Assembly: GCF_004010195.1 (NCBI RefSeq)
Contig: NC_057757.1
Location: 420,367-484,366 of the forward strand
Reading direction: 5' to 3'
Origin: Chiloscyllium plagiosum
Taxonomy: Eukaryota
DNA length: 64,000 bases
Below the pieces are notes generated by a model. The model ran no database searches and was not told where the DNA came from. It was given only the letters and a program-made list of their open reading frames with translations. The position numbers were made by a program, and so were the translations under genes. Below are positions 1 through 11,210 of this stretch, one piece after another (the stretch's first letter is position 1; the number at the start of each line of letters is the position of its first letter).

Positions 1-79
1 CATACTGTAAGTAATCTAATCTAATCTAATCTCTTCTTGAATCTTCCCTCCCCAGTTCTCCAATCCATTCCTACAGTAT

Positions 80-620
80 AGAACACAAAACGGTACAGCA
101 TAGGAAGAGGCCCTTCAGCACATCATGTCAGTGCAGACCATAATACCGTTCTAAACTTATTCTGTCTACCTGCAAATGATTGTTATCCCTCTATTCTCTG
201 CCTCTTCATGTGTTTGACTAAATGCCTCTTAAATATTGCTCTTGTATCTGCTGTTACCACCTCCCCTGGCAGCATATTCCAGACACCTACCACCCTCTGT
301 TTAAAAAAAAACCTTGCCTAGCGCATCTTATTTAAACTTTCCCCCCTCACTTTAAATCCATGCTCCCTGATACTTGACATTTTCACCCTCGGAAAAAGAC
401 TCTGACTAATCCACCCTATCCATGCCTCCCATTATTTTATATACATCTATCAGGTTGCCTCACAGCCTCCAACACTCTAGCAAAAACAATCCCAGTTTGT
501 CCAACCTCTCCTTGTAGCCAATACACTCTGATTGAGGCAACATCCAGTAAGTCTCATTTGCACTTTCTTCCAAAGTCTCCACATCCTTTCTATAGTGTGG
601 AGACCAGATGCACAGAGCTG
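80..620 (-). mobile_element. CR1 LINE 3' fragment
   Basis: Minus ORF WSPHYRKDVETLE...ERLDKLGLF, typical CR1 ORF2 C-terminus, followed by 3' UTR. Confidence 0.8.
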
Positions 621-1437
621 CAAGCACTGATGAGAAAGTAGTTTCTTTCCAACTCATTTAGTCACTTCAAATTGGTCCCCCTTAATCTTCTACCCACCAA
701 GGGAATACAAGCCTACTCTGCAATTTAGTGTCATTATTTAATCCTTTCAGTACTGGATCGTTCTGGTTAATTTGCTCTGCTCCCTCTACAATGACCTTAG
801 CACCTTCCTGATGATGCAGGGTCCAGCATTTGAACCCAATAGGGTCTCCGCAGAGCTCTATATCAATAGGAATATCATTTTCCCCTGTTTGTAGTCCAGC
901 CCCCATGTGATTAAAGACCAATAGGTCAAAACTATACTTTTTGATCAAAATTACAGTGTGCCAGGGTCCTGCTATCTGAGGAGAAATTATTTAAAAAGTG
1001 GGCTTCTATACCCCCAAAAAGATAGAAGACCACGGAATGATTTGATTAAGGATTTTGTAAGGAACTGATAGGGTCAAGAAACGTTTTCCATTGGCTGGAG
1101 TTAAGGAAATGGGACAAAACCTTAAAGTCAGGGGCCAGTTTAAAAATATTTAGCCATGTAATAGTTAGCAAGTCTGTGGACCTCCACCCCACACAGAAAG
1201 CTCAATTAATAATTTTAAATTGGAGATGGATAGATTATTGCTAGACAAAGGAGTTGAAGAATATAGAATTAATACATGTGGATGGAGTTGGTATAGATTT
1301 TGGCAAAGGTCTCATTAAATAAGTAGTATCATCTTGAGGAGTTAAGTGGCCCCCTCCACTTCCTGTGTGCTGTTCATTTACTGGTCTAATATTACAAAGT
1401 GTGCCTTTTGAATGACCATGGCTTTGTTTGTTAACAG

Positions 1438-1510
1438 GCAGTGAAAGCTATTGAAAAATTTGGTGGCTGTACAGAAGATTTGCTGTTGAAATATGGCAAG
1501 AGAATTGTAG
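1438..1510 (+). CDS. ACADVL: Very long-chain acyl-CoA dehydrogenase, internal coding exon (4th from last)
   Basis: ttaacAG acceptor and GTgag donor; 73 nt; translates AVKAIEKFGGCTEDLLLKYGKRIV(D), aligning with human VLCAD [25 protein letters not shown]; phase joins next exon. Confidence 0.92.
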
Positions 1511-1879
1511 GTGAGAACAGTTGTTAAATGTGAGGTTTAAAGTTGCATGGACATTGTGATAAAAAGAGAGGCTGATATTGTATTCTTCCATAAAATTTCC
1601 ATTTTATTTTTGCTGATGGCTAGTACTCATCAGTACTGACCTTCTGACAATGCCGCCACTCCCTCTGCATTGACCCTCCAACAGTCTGCTGATCCTTTGT
1701 GCTATCCTGGTACAGTCAGCTTGGATTATCTGCTAATGTCTTTAATGAGGCTTGAACACCAACCTCGACTCAACAGGAAGAATGCCAGTGATTAAGCTAG
1801 GTTGATACAACCTCTCTGCAGAGCATTATTGGTGTACCTTGAGCAGTTTCTAACACTGTTGTTTTGTGTGATTTTACAG

Positions 1880-1952
1880 ATGAACAGTTCCTGCTGAAAA
1901 GGGTAGCAGATAGTGCCATTGACTTGTATGCCATGGTAGTTGTTCTCTCCCG
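1880..1952 (+). CDS. ACADVL: VLCAD internal coding exon (3rd from last)
   Basis: ttttacAG / GTaagt; 73 nt; (D)[23 protein letters not shown](R), close to human [24 protein letters not shown]. Confidence 0.96.
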
Positions 1953-2463
1953 GTAAGTACTTTGCAGTGAAGATGCAGTTGATTCACATGTTCATGCTTT
2001 CCTTTTTGCAAGTGCTGTGCATGACATGAAATACAGACACCACTTGCAACTATTGCTGAATTCTGGGGTGGTGAGAAGTAAATTTGGTGTGAATCCTATT
2101 TTTGAAATTTGCTTCAAAAAGACTCATGATGAGCATCTCTTCATTCAGACAGGAGAAAAATCCAGGCTTCTAAGGCAACGTGGGCTTTCAAATTCATCTC
2201 CATAATTTGAGTAGGTTACAATAATGTTACATCTTTAATGTATTAAACGATCCAAGGCACTTCAAAAGTGTATTATGAAATAGAACAAGTCATCATGAGG
2301 ATATTGGATCAACTGACGTAAAATTTGATCAAAGAGTTGGGTTTTAAGGAGCATCTCAAAAGGATGAAATTGAGGTGCAGAGGCAGAAAGGTGTAAGGAG
2401 CTGTTAGAAATTCCAGAACTTGGAGGCAACTGCAGGTATAGCACCAGTGGTGGAGCAATTAAG

Positions 2464-4319
2464 GTAGCCAGGAAAGATCTAAAGAAAGAGCTGAGAAGAG
2501 AAAGGAGGGGGCGTGAGAAGTTGCTGCCGGATAGGGTCAGAGAAAACCCTGGAGCTTTCTACAGGTATATAAGGGATAAAAGAATGACTAGAGTAAGATT
2601 AGGGCCAATCAAGGACAGGAGTGGGAAGTTGTGTGTGGAGTCAGAGGAGATGGAGAAGCGCTAAATGAATATTTTTTGTCAGTATTTACACTGGAAAAAG
2701 ACAATGTTGTTGAGGAGAATACTGAGAAACAGGCTACGAGACTACATGGGAATGAGGAACACAAGGAGGAGGTGTTAGAAATTCTGGAAAGTTTGTGAAA
2801 ATAGATAAATCCCCTGGGCTGGATGGGACTTATCCTAGGATTCTCTGGGAAGCCAGAGAGGAGATTACCGAGCCTTTGGGTTTGATCTTTATGTTGTCAT
2901 TGTCTACAGGAACAGTACCAGAAGACTGGAGGATAGCAAATGTTGTTCCCTTTTTCAAGAAGGGCAGCAGATACAACCCTGGTAATTATAGACCAGTGAG
3001 CCTTACTTTGGTTGTGGGTAAAGTGTTGGAAAAGGTTATAAGAGATAGGATTTATAATCATCTTGAAAGGAATAAGTTGTTTAGGGATAGTCAGCATGGT
3101 TTTGTGAAGGGCCTCACAAACCTTAGAGTTGAGAAGGTGACCAAACAGGTGGATGAGGGTACATCAGTTGTGGTGTATATGGATTTCAGTAAGGTGTTTG
3201 GTAAGGTTCCCCACGGTAGGCTATTGTACAAAATACAAAGACATGGGATTGATTTAGCAGTTCAGATCAGATATTGGCCAGCTGAAACAAGACAGAGGGT
3301 GGTGGTTGATGAGAAATATTCATCCTAGAGTTCAGATACTAGTGGTGTACCGCAAGGATCTGTTTTGAGTCCACTGCTGTTCATCATTTTTATAAATGAC
3401 CCGGATGAAGGTATAGCAAGGTGGGTTAGTAAATTTGCGGATGACACTAAGGTCGGTACAGTTGTGGATTGAGCCGAAGAATGTTATAGGCTACAGAGGG
3501 ACATAAGTACGCTGCAGAGCTGGGCTGAGAGATGGCAAATGGAGATTAATGCAGAAAAGGGTGAGATAATTCACTTTGGAAGGAATAACAGGAATGCAGA
3601 GTACTGGGCGAATGGTAAGATTCTTGGTAGTGTGGATAAGCAGAGAAATCTTGGTGTCCATATACAAAGATCCCTCAAAGTTGCTACCCAAGTTGATGGG
3701 GTTGTTAAAAAGCATACACTGTGTTAGCTTTTATTAGTAGAGGGATTGAGTTTTGGAACCATAAGGTCATGCTGCAGCTGTACAAAACTCTGATGCAGCC
3801 AGACTTGGAATATTGCGTGCAGTTCTGGTCACCGCATTATTGGAAGGATGGGAAAGCTTTGGAAAGGGTTCAGAGGAGACTTACTAGCATGTTGCCTGGT
3901 ATGGAGGGGAAGTCTTACAACTTGAGGGACTTGAGGCTGTTTTTGTTAGAGAGAAGAAGGGTGAGATGTAACTTAATTGAGACATACAAGATAATCAGAG
4001 GGTTAGATTGGGCGGACAGTGAGAGCCTTTTTCCTCAGATAGTATGGCTAGGACAAAGGGGCATAGCTTCAAATTGAGGGGTGGTAGATATAAGACAGAT
4101 GTCAGAGATAGTTTCTTTACTCCGTGAGCAGTAGGGGCATGAAACACACTGCCTGCAAAGTAGTAGACTCACCAACTTTACAGGCATTTAAATGCTCATT
4201 GGATAGGCATATGGACGAGAATGGAATAGTGTAGGATAGATGGACTTCGGATCGGTTTCACAGGATGGTGCAACGTCGAGGGCTGAAGGGCCTGTACTGC
4301 GCTGTAATGTTCTATGTCT
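2464..4319 (+). mobile_element. 5'-truncated CR1 LINE (decayed RT) in ACADVL intron, inserted into an older L2-like fragment
   Basis: ORF pieces KSPGLDGTYPRIL...GNYRPVSLT, KFADDTK, LEYCVQFWSPHY; AATTAAG duplicated at 2457-2463 and 4320-4326. Confidence 0.9.
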
Positions 4320-4893
4320 AATTAAGATCGGGAAGCTCGAGACCAGTGAGATGAGCGCACAGGATCCCAGAGAATTATTAGTCTGGAGAAAGTAACAGAG
4401 AACAGGGTCAAGCAAAGCCATGGAAGATTTTGGAAACAATGTCAAGAATGGCGAAGAAACAGCACAGTAGAACAGGACTTGGTGCAAGTCATGACATGGG
4501 CAGCTAACATTTGGATGATGTAAGTGTACAGAGAGTCAACCATAAAACATAGGAGCAGAAGACCTTTCAGCCCATTGAGTTTGCTCTGACATTCAATGAG
4601 ATCATGGTTGATCTGAAACTCTCAGCTCAGCTTTTCTGTTTTTTTTATCTCATTACCCTCAATCCCCTTACTGATCAGAAATCTAAAGACTCAGCGATGG
4701 AGATCCACCTGTTTCACATTTTGTCGCATCCCTTTTTGGAAATGTTGTACATGTCTTCAATATACTTAATGACTCACCCTCAACATCCCTCTGCGGCAAA
4801 GAATTCCATTGATTCACTACGCTCTGACAAAGAAATTCCACCTCATCTCTGTTTTACATGTGTGACTCCTTAATCCAAAATTATATATTTTGG

Positions 4894-6006
4894 GATGTAG
4901 GTTTGCTCGCTGAGCTATTGGTTTGATATCCAGACGTTTCATTACCTGGCTAGGTAACATCATCAGTGGCGACCTCCAAGTGAAGCGAAGCTGTTGTCTC
5001 CTGCTTTCTATTTATATCTTTCTCCTGGATGGGGTTCCTGGGGTTTGCGGTGATGTCATTTCTGTTCGTTTTCTGAGGGGTTGATAGATGGCATCTAGAT
5101 CTATGTGTTTGTTTATGGCGTTGTGGGTGGAGTGCCAGGCCTCTAGGAATTCTCTGGCATGTCTTTGCTTAGCCTGTCCCAGGATAGATGTGTTATCCCA
5201 GTCGAAATGGTGTTTTTTTTCAATGAGCCACCACACACTGCAGCATAGGCGAACTTCGGAAAACAGAGGGGAACCACCTATAGAACGTATTCAAGAAGAA
5301 CGGATACTCAAAAAATACAGTCCGCAGATTCCTCAAGAACAAACCACGACAAGCAGACCAAACATAGCCAGAAACCCTAACCACCTTTCCATACATCAAA
5401 GAAGTTTCAGAAATGACAGCCAGACTACTAAGACCCCTCAGAATCCTAGTAGCACACAAACCCACCAACACTCTCAAACAAAAACTAACAAACTTAAAAG
5501 ACCCAGTACAACCCATGAACAAAACCAACGTCATCTTCAAAGTTCCATGCAAGGACTGCCACAAACACTACGTAGGACAAACAGGAAGAAAGTTAGCCAC
5601 CAGGATACACGAACACCAGCTAGCCACAAAAAGACACGACCCTCTCTCCCTCGTAGCCCTACACACGGATGAAAAAAGACCACCATTTCGACTGGGACAA
5701 CACATCTATCCTGGGACAGGCTAAGCAAAGACATGCCAGAGAATTCCTAGAGGCCTGGCACTCCACCCACAATGCCATAAACACATAGATCTAGATGCCA
5801 TCTATCAACCCCTCAGAAAACGAACAGAAATGACATCACCGCGAACCCCATCCAGGAGAAAGATATAAATAGATAGCAGGAGACAACAGCTTCGCTTCAC
5901 TTGGAGGTCGCCACTGATGATGTTACCTAGCCAGGTCTGGATATCAAACCTACAGCTCAGCGAGCAAACCTACACCCTAAACCTCAACCTGAGCTACAAA
6001 TCTTGC
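4894..6006 (+). mobile_element. Penelope-like element: inverted pLTR + 3' GIY-YIG endonuclease region + pLTR
   Basis: NVIFKVPCKDCHKHYVGQTGRKLATRIHEH (GIY-YIG); about 4897-5220 is the reverse complement of about 5670-5973; 14-bp TSD ATTATATATTTTGG at 4880-4893 and 6007-6020. Confidence 0.92.
4930..4969 (-). ncRNA. Minimal type-I hammerhead ribozyme motif in Penelope pLTR
   Basis: Minus strand reads cca-CUGAUGA-u-GUUACCU(agcc)AGGUAAU-GAAA-CG-UC-ugg. Confidence 0.65.
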
Positions 6007-8639
6007 ATTATATATTTTGGTCCTAGATTCTTCCAATACATCTGGTTCATTAATGTCCTTTAGGGAAGGAAAATGCTATCCTTCCCTGATCTAGCCTACA
6101 TGTGGCTCCAGACTCTCAGCAATGTGGTGAACTAAGGTCACCTCTCATTCTTCTAAACTCTAATGAGTACAGGCCAAACCTACTCAACCTCGCCTCATAA
6201 AATATTCCCTCCATACGCAGGATCAGCCTAATGAGCCTTCTCTGGATACGTCCAGTACAGTTATGTAATTCCTTAGATAAGGGAATTAAACTGGTTTCAG
6301 TATTTCAGTTGAGGTCTGACTCATGCTTTGTATAGTTATAGGGAGACCTCTCTTAGTTTTATATTCAATTCCTTTTAAACTAAAGGCTAGTGTTCTATTT
6401 GGCGTTCCTACTATTTTCTGAACTTGGATATTAGATTAGATTTTTTTTTTTAAATGTGCATGGGCTCCCAAATCCCTCTATGCTGTAGATTTCTGCAGTC
6501 TTTCTCCATTTCTATAATATTGAGCTCCTGTATTCTTCCTGCCAAAGTGCATAATATCACATTTTCCCACATTACATGCCATGTGCCAAGTTTTTGTCGA
6601 CCAACTTAACCTGTCTATATCCCTCTGCAGACACTTGGTGTCATTCTCACCACTTGCTTCCTACCTATTTTTGTGACTTTTGCAAACTTGTCAACAGTTC
6701 ATTAATATACCTCATCCAGGTAATTAATATAAATCATAAATAATAGAATATGAAAGAGCAAAAAAGGGTCTGTTGCAATAGGTTTTGCCTAGAGGTAATA
6801 AAGGCAAGAATATAGAGTGCAGATGACAGGAATTAAGACAACATGAATTGTTCAATAGTATTTTCTGTATCAGAGTAGGCCAGCAGTGAATAATTATTCC
6901 AGGTGAAACAGTAAACCAAAGTCCTATTTCTTACCTCCAGTTGATGGAAAGGAATGGCAGGACAGCTCATCCCAGTGGCCTCTATCATTCAACCAACATT
7001 GTTTTACTTTTCGGAGACCTTGTTTTACATACATAGACTGCCTTTGTTTTTATTCACTTGTGGGACGTGGGTGTGACTAGTTGGGCCAGCATTTGTTGCC
7101 CATCCCTAGGTGTCACTGAGAAGATGGTAGTGAACAGCTGCCTTGAAACCCTGTGTAGTCCATGTGCTATAGGTTTCCTGATGTTACAACGGTTCTTGTA
7201 TTGCAAAACTATTTCATTGTTCGGAAAGTGCTTTGGGATGTTTTGAGGTGGTGAAAGGGGCTGTAGAAATGGAAGTCTTTTCTGTCTTCAGCTTCTAAAC
7301 TCACTGTCTTATGTTCTGCACCAGCTGTCAGATAAAACCTGATTTGCCATGTGAAGACACCTCATTGGAAATGGACCCTTTATCTCCTTTCCAACCACCA
7401 TCTCTGAGCCAGATTGTCCGCAGCACTTCCTCCCACACTTAACCAGTTTACCCTGTGGTTGACAACTTGCTGAGTGGAAATTTTTTTTTAAGATAATACA
7501 GCTTTGAGCTACTTTTAAAAACCATTCTTTTTATTTCAAAGTGCTTTTTCTGCTTGAACTTTCCGTCAGTGGAAACAACATGTGAACCCACGATAATGTC
7601 CAAGACTGAGGAAAAATGTGCAGAATGGTTCCAGGATGAAGAACTTTAGTTCATGTGGAGAGACTGAAAAGCTGGATTGTTCTCCTCCATAGAGCAGAGA
7701 AGGTCAATGAAAGGTTTAATTGAGTTATTTGGATTACTGAGAGATTTTGATAGCAGTAAGGGGAAGCTATTTCCACAGTCAGTGAATGTTGAGTGGATTG
7801 GACCGAGAAGATCAAGTGAAATGGGGGCACAGCTACATACATCAGAAGAGTAGGGCAAAGATTAGCTTAATTAAGAGAATTGCCCACAGAACTTTCTGGT
7901 TAATGGGAAGGTTCAGTTAGACAGGCTACCTGGTAAATGGAGCTGTTAGTTACTACATTAGATAAACTGAGGTTCTACATTCGAACATACACATTAGGAG
8001 TAGGAGAGGGCCATTTGGCCCTTTGAGACTGTTCAATAAGAGCAAGTATAATCTGGTTGTAGCCTCATCTCTTCATTCCTGTCTAACCCTGATAACCTTT
8101 AACTCTTTTGTTAATCAAGATTCTATCTATCCTTTTCTTAACAATAACTAGAAAATAAAACAAATAGCTCTTCTATAAGTAAATTGTTAAAGTCCACAAT
8201 AGGATTAAGAGCGCTTAGTCTGTGGAGAAAATGAGTTCATTCTTATTCCCAGTTTATATTCTAAAATATCCGTGGACATTGTTATATTAACACTGAGCAG
8301 AAGCCTGAAAAGTAGTGATGTGAATGCTGTAGAACCATATCCTGTTTGTCACTAGTTAGAAAATGTTTTTGCTTTTTGTCAGTGTTCAGTTGCGAGAAAC
8401 ATTGTTTGTGAGAATAGAATGCGCGCAAGTCTCAATCCGTGTGCCTGGCTTGAGATCAGCATATATCTGGGATGTCCTCAGAGGCCCTAACTGGAAAACC
8501 CTGCATACTGTGCGTAAGTAAGTTAGGGAGACCTTGTGTATGCAGATCTGATCAGTCACCCTCCCAAAATGGGGACAGTGAGGGGTGAATATCTGGAAAC
8601 AGATTAGTGTCAACCTCTTTTCAGCATTGAGCCACCAGA

Positions 8640-9185
8640 ATACTTATCACTAAACTGAGTTCACTTCTGATCTGGTCACTGGCCTGCAGGAAGGAGGTAC
8701 TGGCTCTGGGATTGATGCAATGCAGATTCACTAGAATGACAATAGGGTTTCAGTTAGGTGGGCAGGTTTATACAGATTTGAGTGTAGAAGATCAGGGAGT
8801 GATCTCATCAAGATGCTCAGGATTATTAAAGGGTTTCAAAGGTTCAGTGGAGTATTCCTTCCAGCGAGGGTGGCTGGGTTTGCAAATGGTGAGAGTCTGG
8901 TACAAGGGGGCAAAACCTTAAAATTCAAACTAGGCCCATTCAGGGTTTATATCAAGAAACATTTCCTGTCACAAAGGTGAGTGGAAATCTAGACTTTTCT
9001 CCCCTTAAGAAAAACTGTTTAGACTGAGACAGAATTGAAAATGTCAAGGCTAAGATTGGTATATTTTTGTTGGGTAAAGGGGTTAAAGGTTGCAGAACTG
9101 AGGCAGTTAGATCAAGTTGTTCCTCAGATCTAATTGTATAGTGTATCAGTTTGGAGGGGCTGAATGGCTTCCTTCTGTCTCTGTG
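8640..9185 (+). mobile_element. Decayed CR1 3' fragment
   Basis: QCRFTRM motif and CR1-like 3' UTR ending gagggGCTGAATGGC. Confidence 0.6.
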
Positions 9186-9295
9186 AAAGGTCTCCCTGAA
9201 ATGTTAACCCGTCTATTTACTATTCAACCGTGTTTCTGTCTTGCTTGGTCGTGCAACATCTTTGTCTAAACTATTGTCCATTTGGTCACTCACAG

Positions 9296-9371
9296 GGCTT
9301 CCCGTTCTCTGAGCCAAGGTCATGCGACTGCTCAACATGAGAAACTGCTCTGTGACACCTGGTGCATTGAG
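9296..9371 (+). CDS. ACADVL: VLCAD penultimate coding exon
   Basis: ctcacAG / GTtggt; 76 nt; (R)[25 protein letters not shown] vs human [25 protein letters not shown]. Confidence 0.96.
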
Positions 9372-10308
9372 GTTGGTGCTATCATTTGTGTCCACAGAAC
9401 TATCTTGTGCAGACGAAACCATCATCTCTGCCTTTGTCCCCTTCAAACTCAATATTCTAGTGCTCCCTCTGGCCAGCCTTCCTTCCTTCAGTCAGATCAT
9501 GGCTGACGTTTATCTTAACATTTAAATTCAGCCAATAAATCTGGAATCGAAAGCTAGTCTTAGTGATGGTGACTAGTGACTAGAATATCTGTCATTGATT
9601 GTCCTAAAAACCCTCTGGTTCACTAATGTCAAGGAAGGAAATCTGTCCAAATCTATTTTGGCCTACATGTGACTCCAGACCCAGAGCAATATGGTTGACT
9701 CTTAACTATCCTCTGAAATAAATCAGAAGTCAGGTGACGAAGGACCAGCAGTCAGAAAGCTTGCAATTTCAAATAACCCTGTTGGTCTGTAACCTGGTAT
9801 TGTGTGACTTCTGACTTTGTCCATGCCAGTCCAACACTGGTACTTCCACATCATCCTCTGAAATGGCTGAGCAAGCCACTCAATTCAAGGGCAATTAGGA
9901 ATGGGCAACAAATTCTGGTACAGCCAATGACATACTCATATCCTGAAAAAATAAAGTACCATCAAAAATCTACCAATCTCATTTAAATTTTCTAGCTTTT
10001 TTTATTGGAGGTGGTTTCAGATTTCTACTCCCCCTTTGATTAAGAAATGCTTCCTGACATCACACCTGAATGGACCTGCCTCCAAGTTTAAATTTCTGCT
10101 CCCTTGTTCTGGACCCTTCAATACTGGAACTAATGGTTTCTGTCTATCAATCTGATCAAATCCATTAATCATTTAGATATTACATTTAGATCATCCTTTA
10201 ATCTTTTAACACCAAAGCAAATACAGACCTGAATAAGTAAAGTTATCGTATTCAGTATGAAATGACTGTACATATATTACGTTAATAAACAAGGATTTGT
10301 ATTTCTAG

Positions 10309-10446
10309 GCATACGCTCGCATTATGGACAATCTGAATGCCCTCACTTCCAGCTCTGCCAAGCAGGCCTTCAAGAACATGCGGGCTATTTCTGCAGCGGT
10401 GGTGAGCAATGGTGGCATCGTGAATCCTCATCCCTTGGGATTTTAA
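10309..10446 (+). CDS. ACADVL: VLCAD terminal coding exon
   Basis: tttctAG acceptor; AYARIMDNLNALTSSSAKQAFKNMRAISAAVVSNGGIVNPHPLGF then TAA; C-terminal PLGF as in vertebrate VLCAD. Confidence 0.95.
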   Translation, partial: AYARIMDNLNALTSSSAKQAFKNMRAISAAVVSNGGIVNPHPLGF

Positions 10447-10732
10447 AAAGGGAAACCACTCTGCCTTGCCAGATCAGAATGTAAATCCACAGTCAGATCT
10501 ACTCAGGATCTAACACATCAGTCTTTAAAAATTGGAAGGTTTAATTACTGACACTGATCTCCCCTCTCCGTTTCAGACTGGGAATGCCATGATTGGTGCT
10601 GTTGCAGTTTTGAGTCCTGGAAAAGTTTTTAAGTAGCAATGCCCAAATGAATTACATTTATCCTTGCACTTGTTAACCACTAGCATTATCACTAGGGCTT
10701 TATTTAATAACAGTCTGCTTTATGGCTGACAA

Positions 10733-11062
10733 TGGCATAGTGGTAATGTAACTGGACTAGTAATCCAGAGGCCTAGACTAATGCCCTGGGGACTTGGGTT
10801 CACATCCCACCAAAGCAGCTGGAGAATTTAAATTCAGTCAGTAGTTCTGGAGTTGAATGTCGATCACAGTCGTGGTGACCGTGACAACTATCATCAATGG
10901 TTGTAAAACCCCATCTGTGTCATTTAGAGAGGATATCCGCTGATCTTACCCAGTCTGACCTACATGTGACGCCATACCCAGAGAAATATGGTTTGCTCTT
11001 AACTACCATAAGATCAGGGATATACAACTATTGTTTGAGTCAGCAACCTTGATAGCCCATGA
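10733..11062 (+). mobile_element. tRNA-derived SINE downstream of the ACADVL stop; related copies at about 9520-9950, 16950-17250(-), 20930-21280(-), 28875-29170, 31440-31730, 62040-62380(-)
   Basis: Head tggcatagtggtaatg with B-box-like gggttcacatccc; shared body motif cctacatgtgactccagac in all copies. Confidence 0.7.
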
Positions 11063-11117
11063 GAAAATGAAGGAAAAAGTATTACTGGGTACAGTCTGAT
11101 AGAGGTCTGGTTACATT

Positions 11118-11210
11118 ACCCTGCGATGTTTGAGGAGGGACAGTATATAAGGAGCTTTATTCCGTAGCTAACACTGTCCCTATACTAGGAGTGTTTGATG
11201 GGAATGTTTT
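11118..11210 (+). repeat. Degenerate copies of an approximately 65-70 bp repeat unit (ggagtgtttgatggg...ctgtatctaac); second site at about 58428-58580
   Basis: The motif gagtgtttgatggg and tatctaac/tagctaac recur at about 65-70 bp spacing at both sites. Confidence 0.5.

Larger units (their letters stand above)
4545..6740 (-). mobile_element. Older decayed CR1 fragment interrupted by the Penelope insertion
   Basis: CR1 3'-end-like sequence continues on both sides of the Penelope TSD. Confidence 0.65.
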
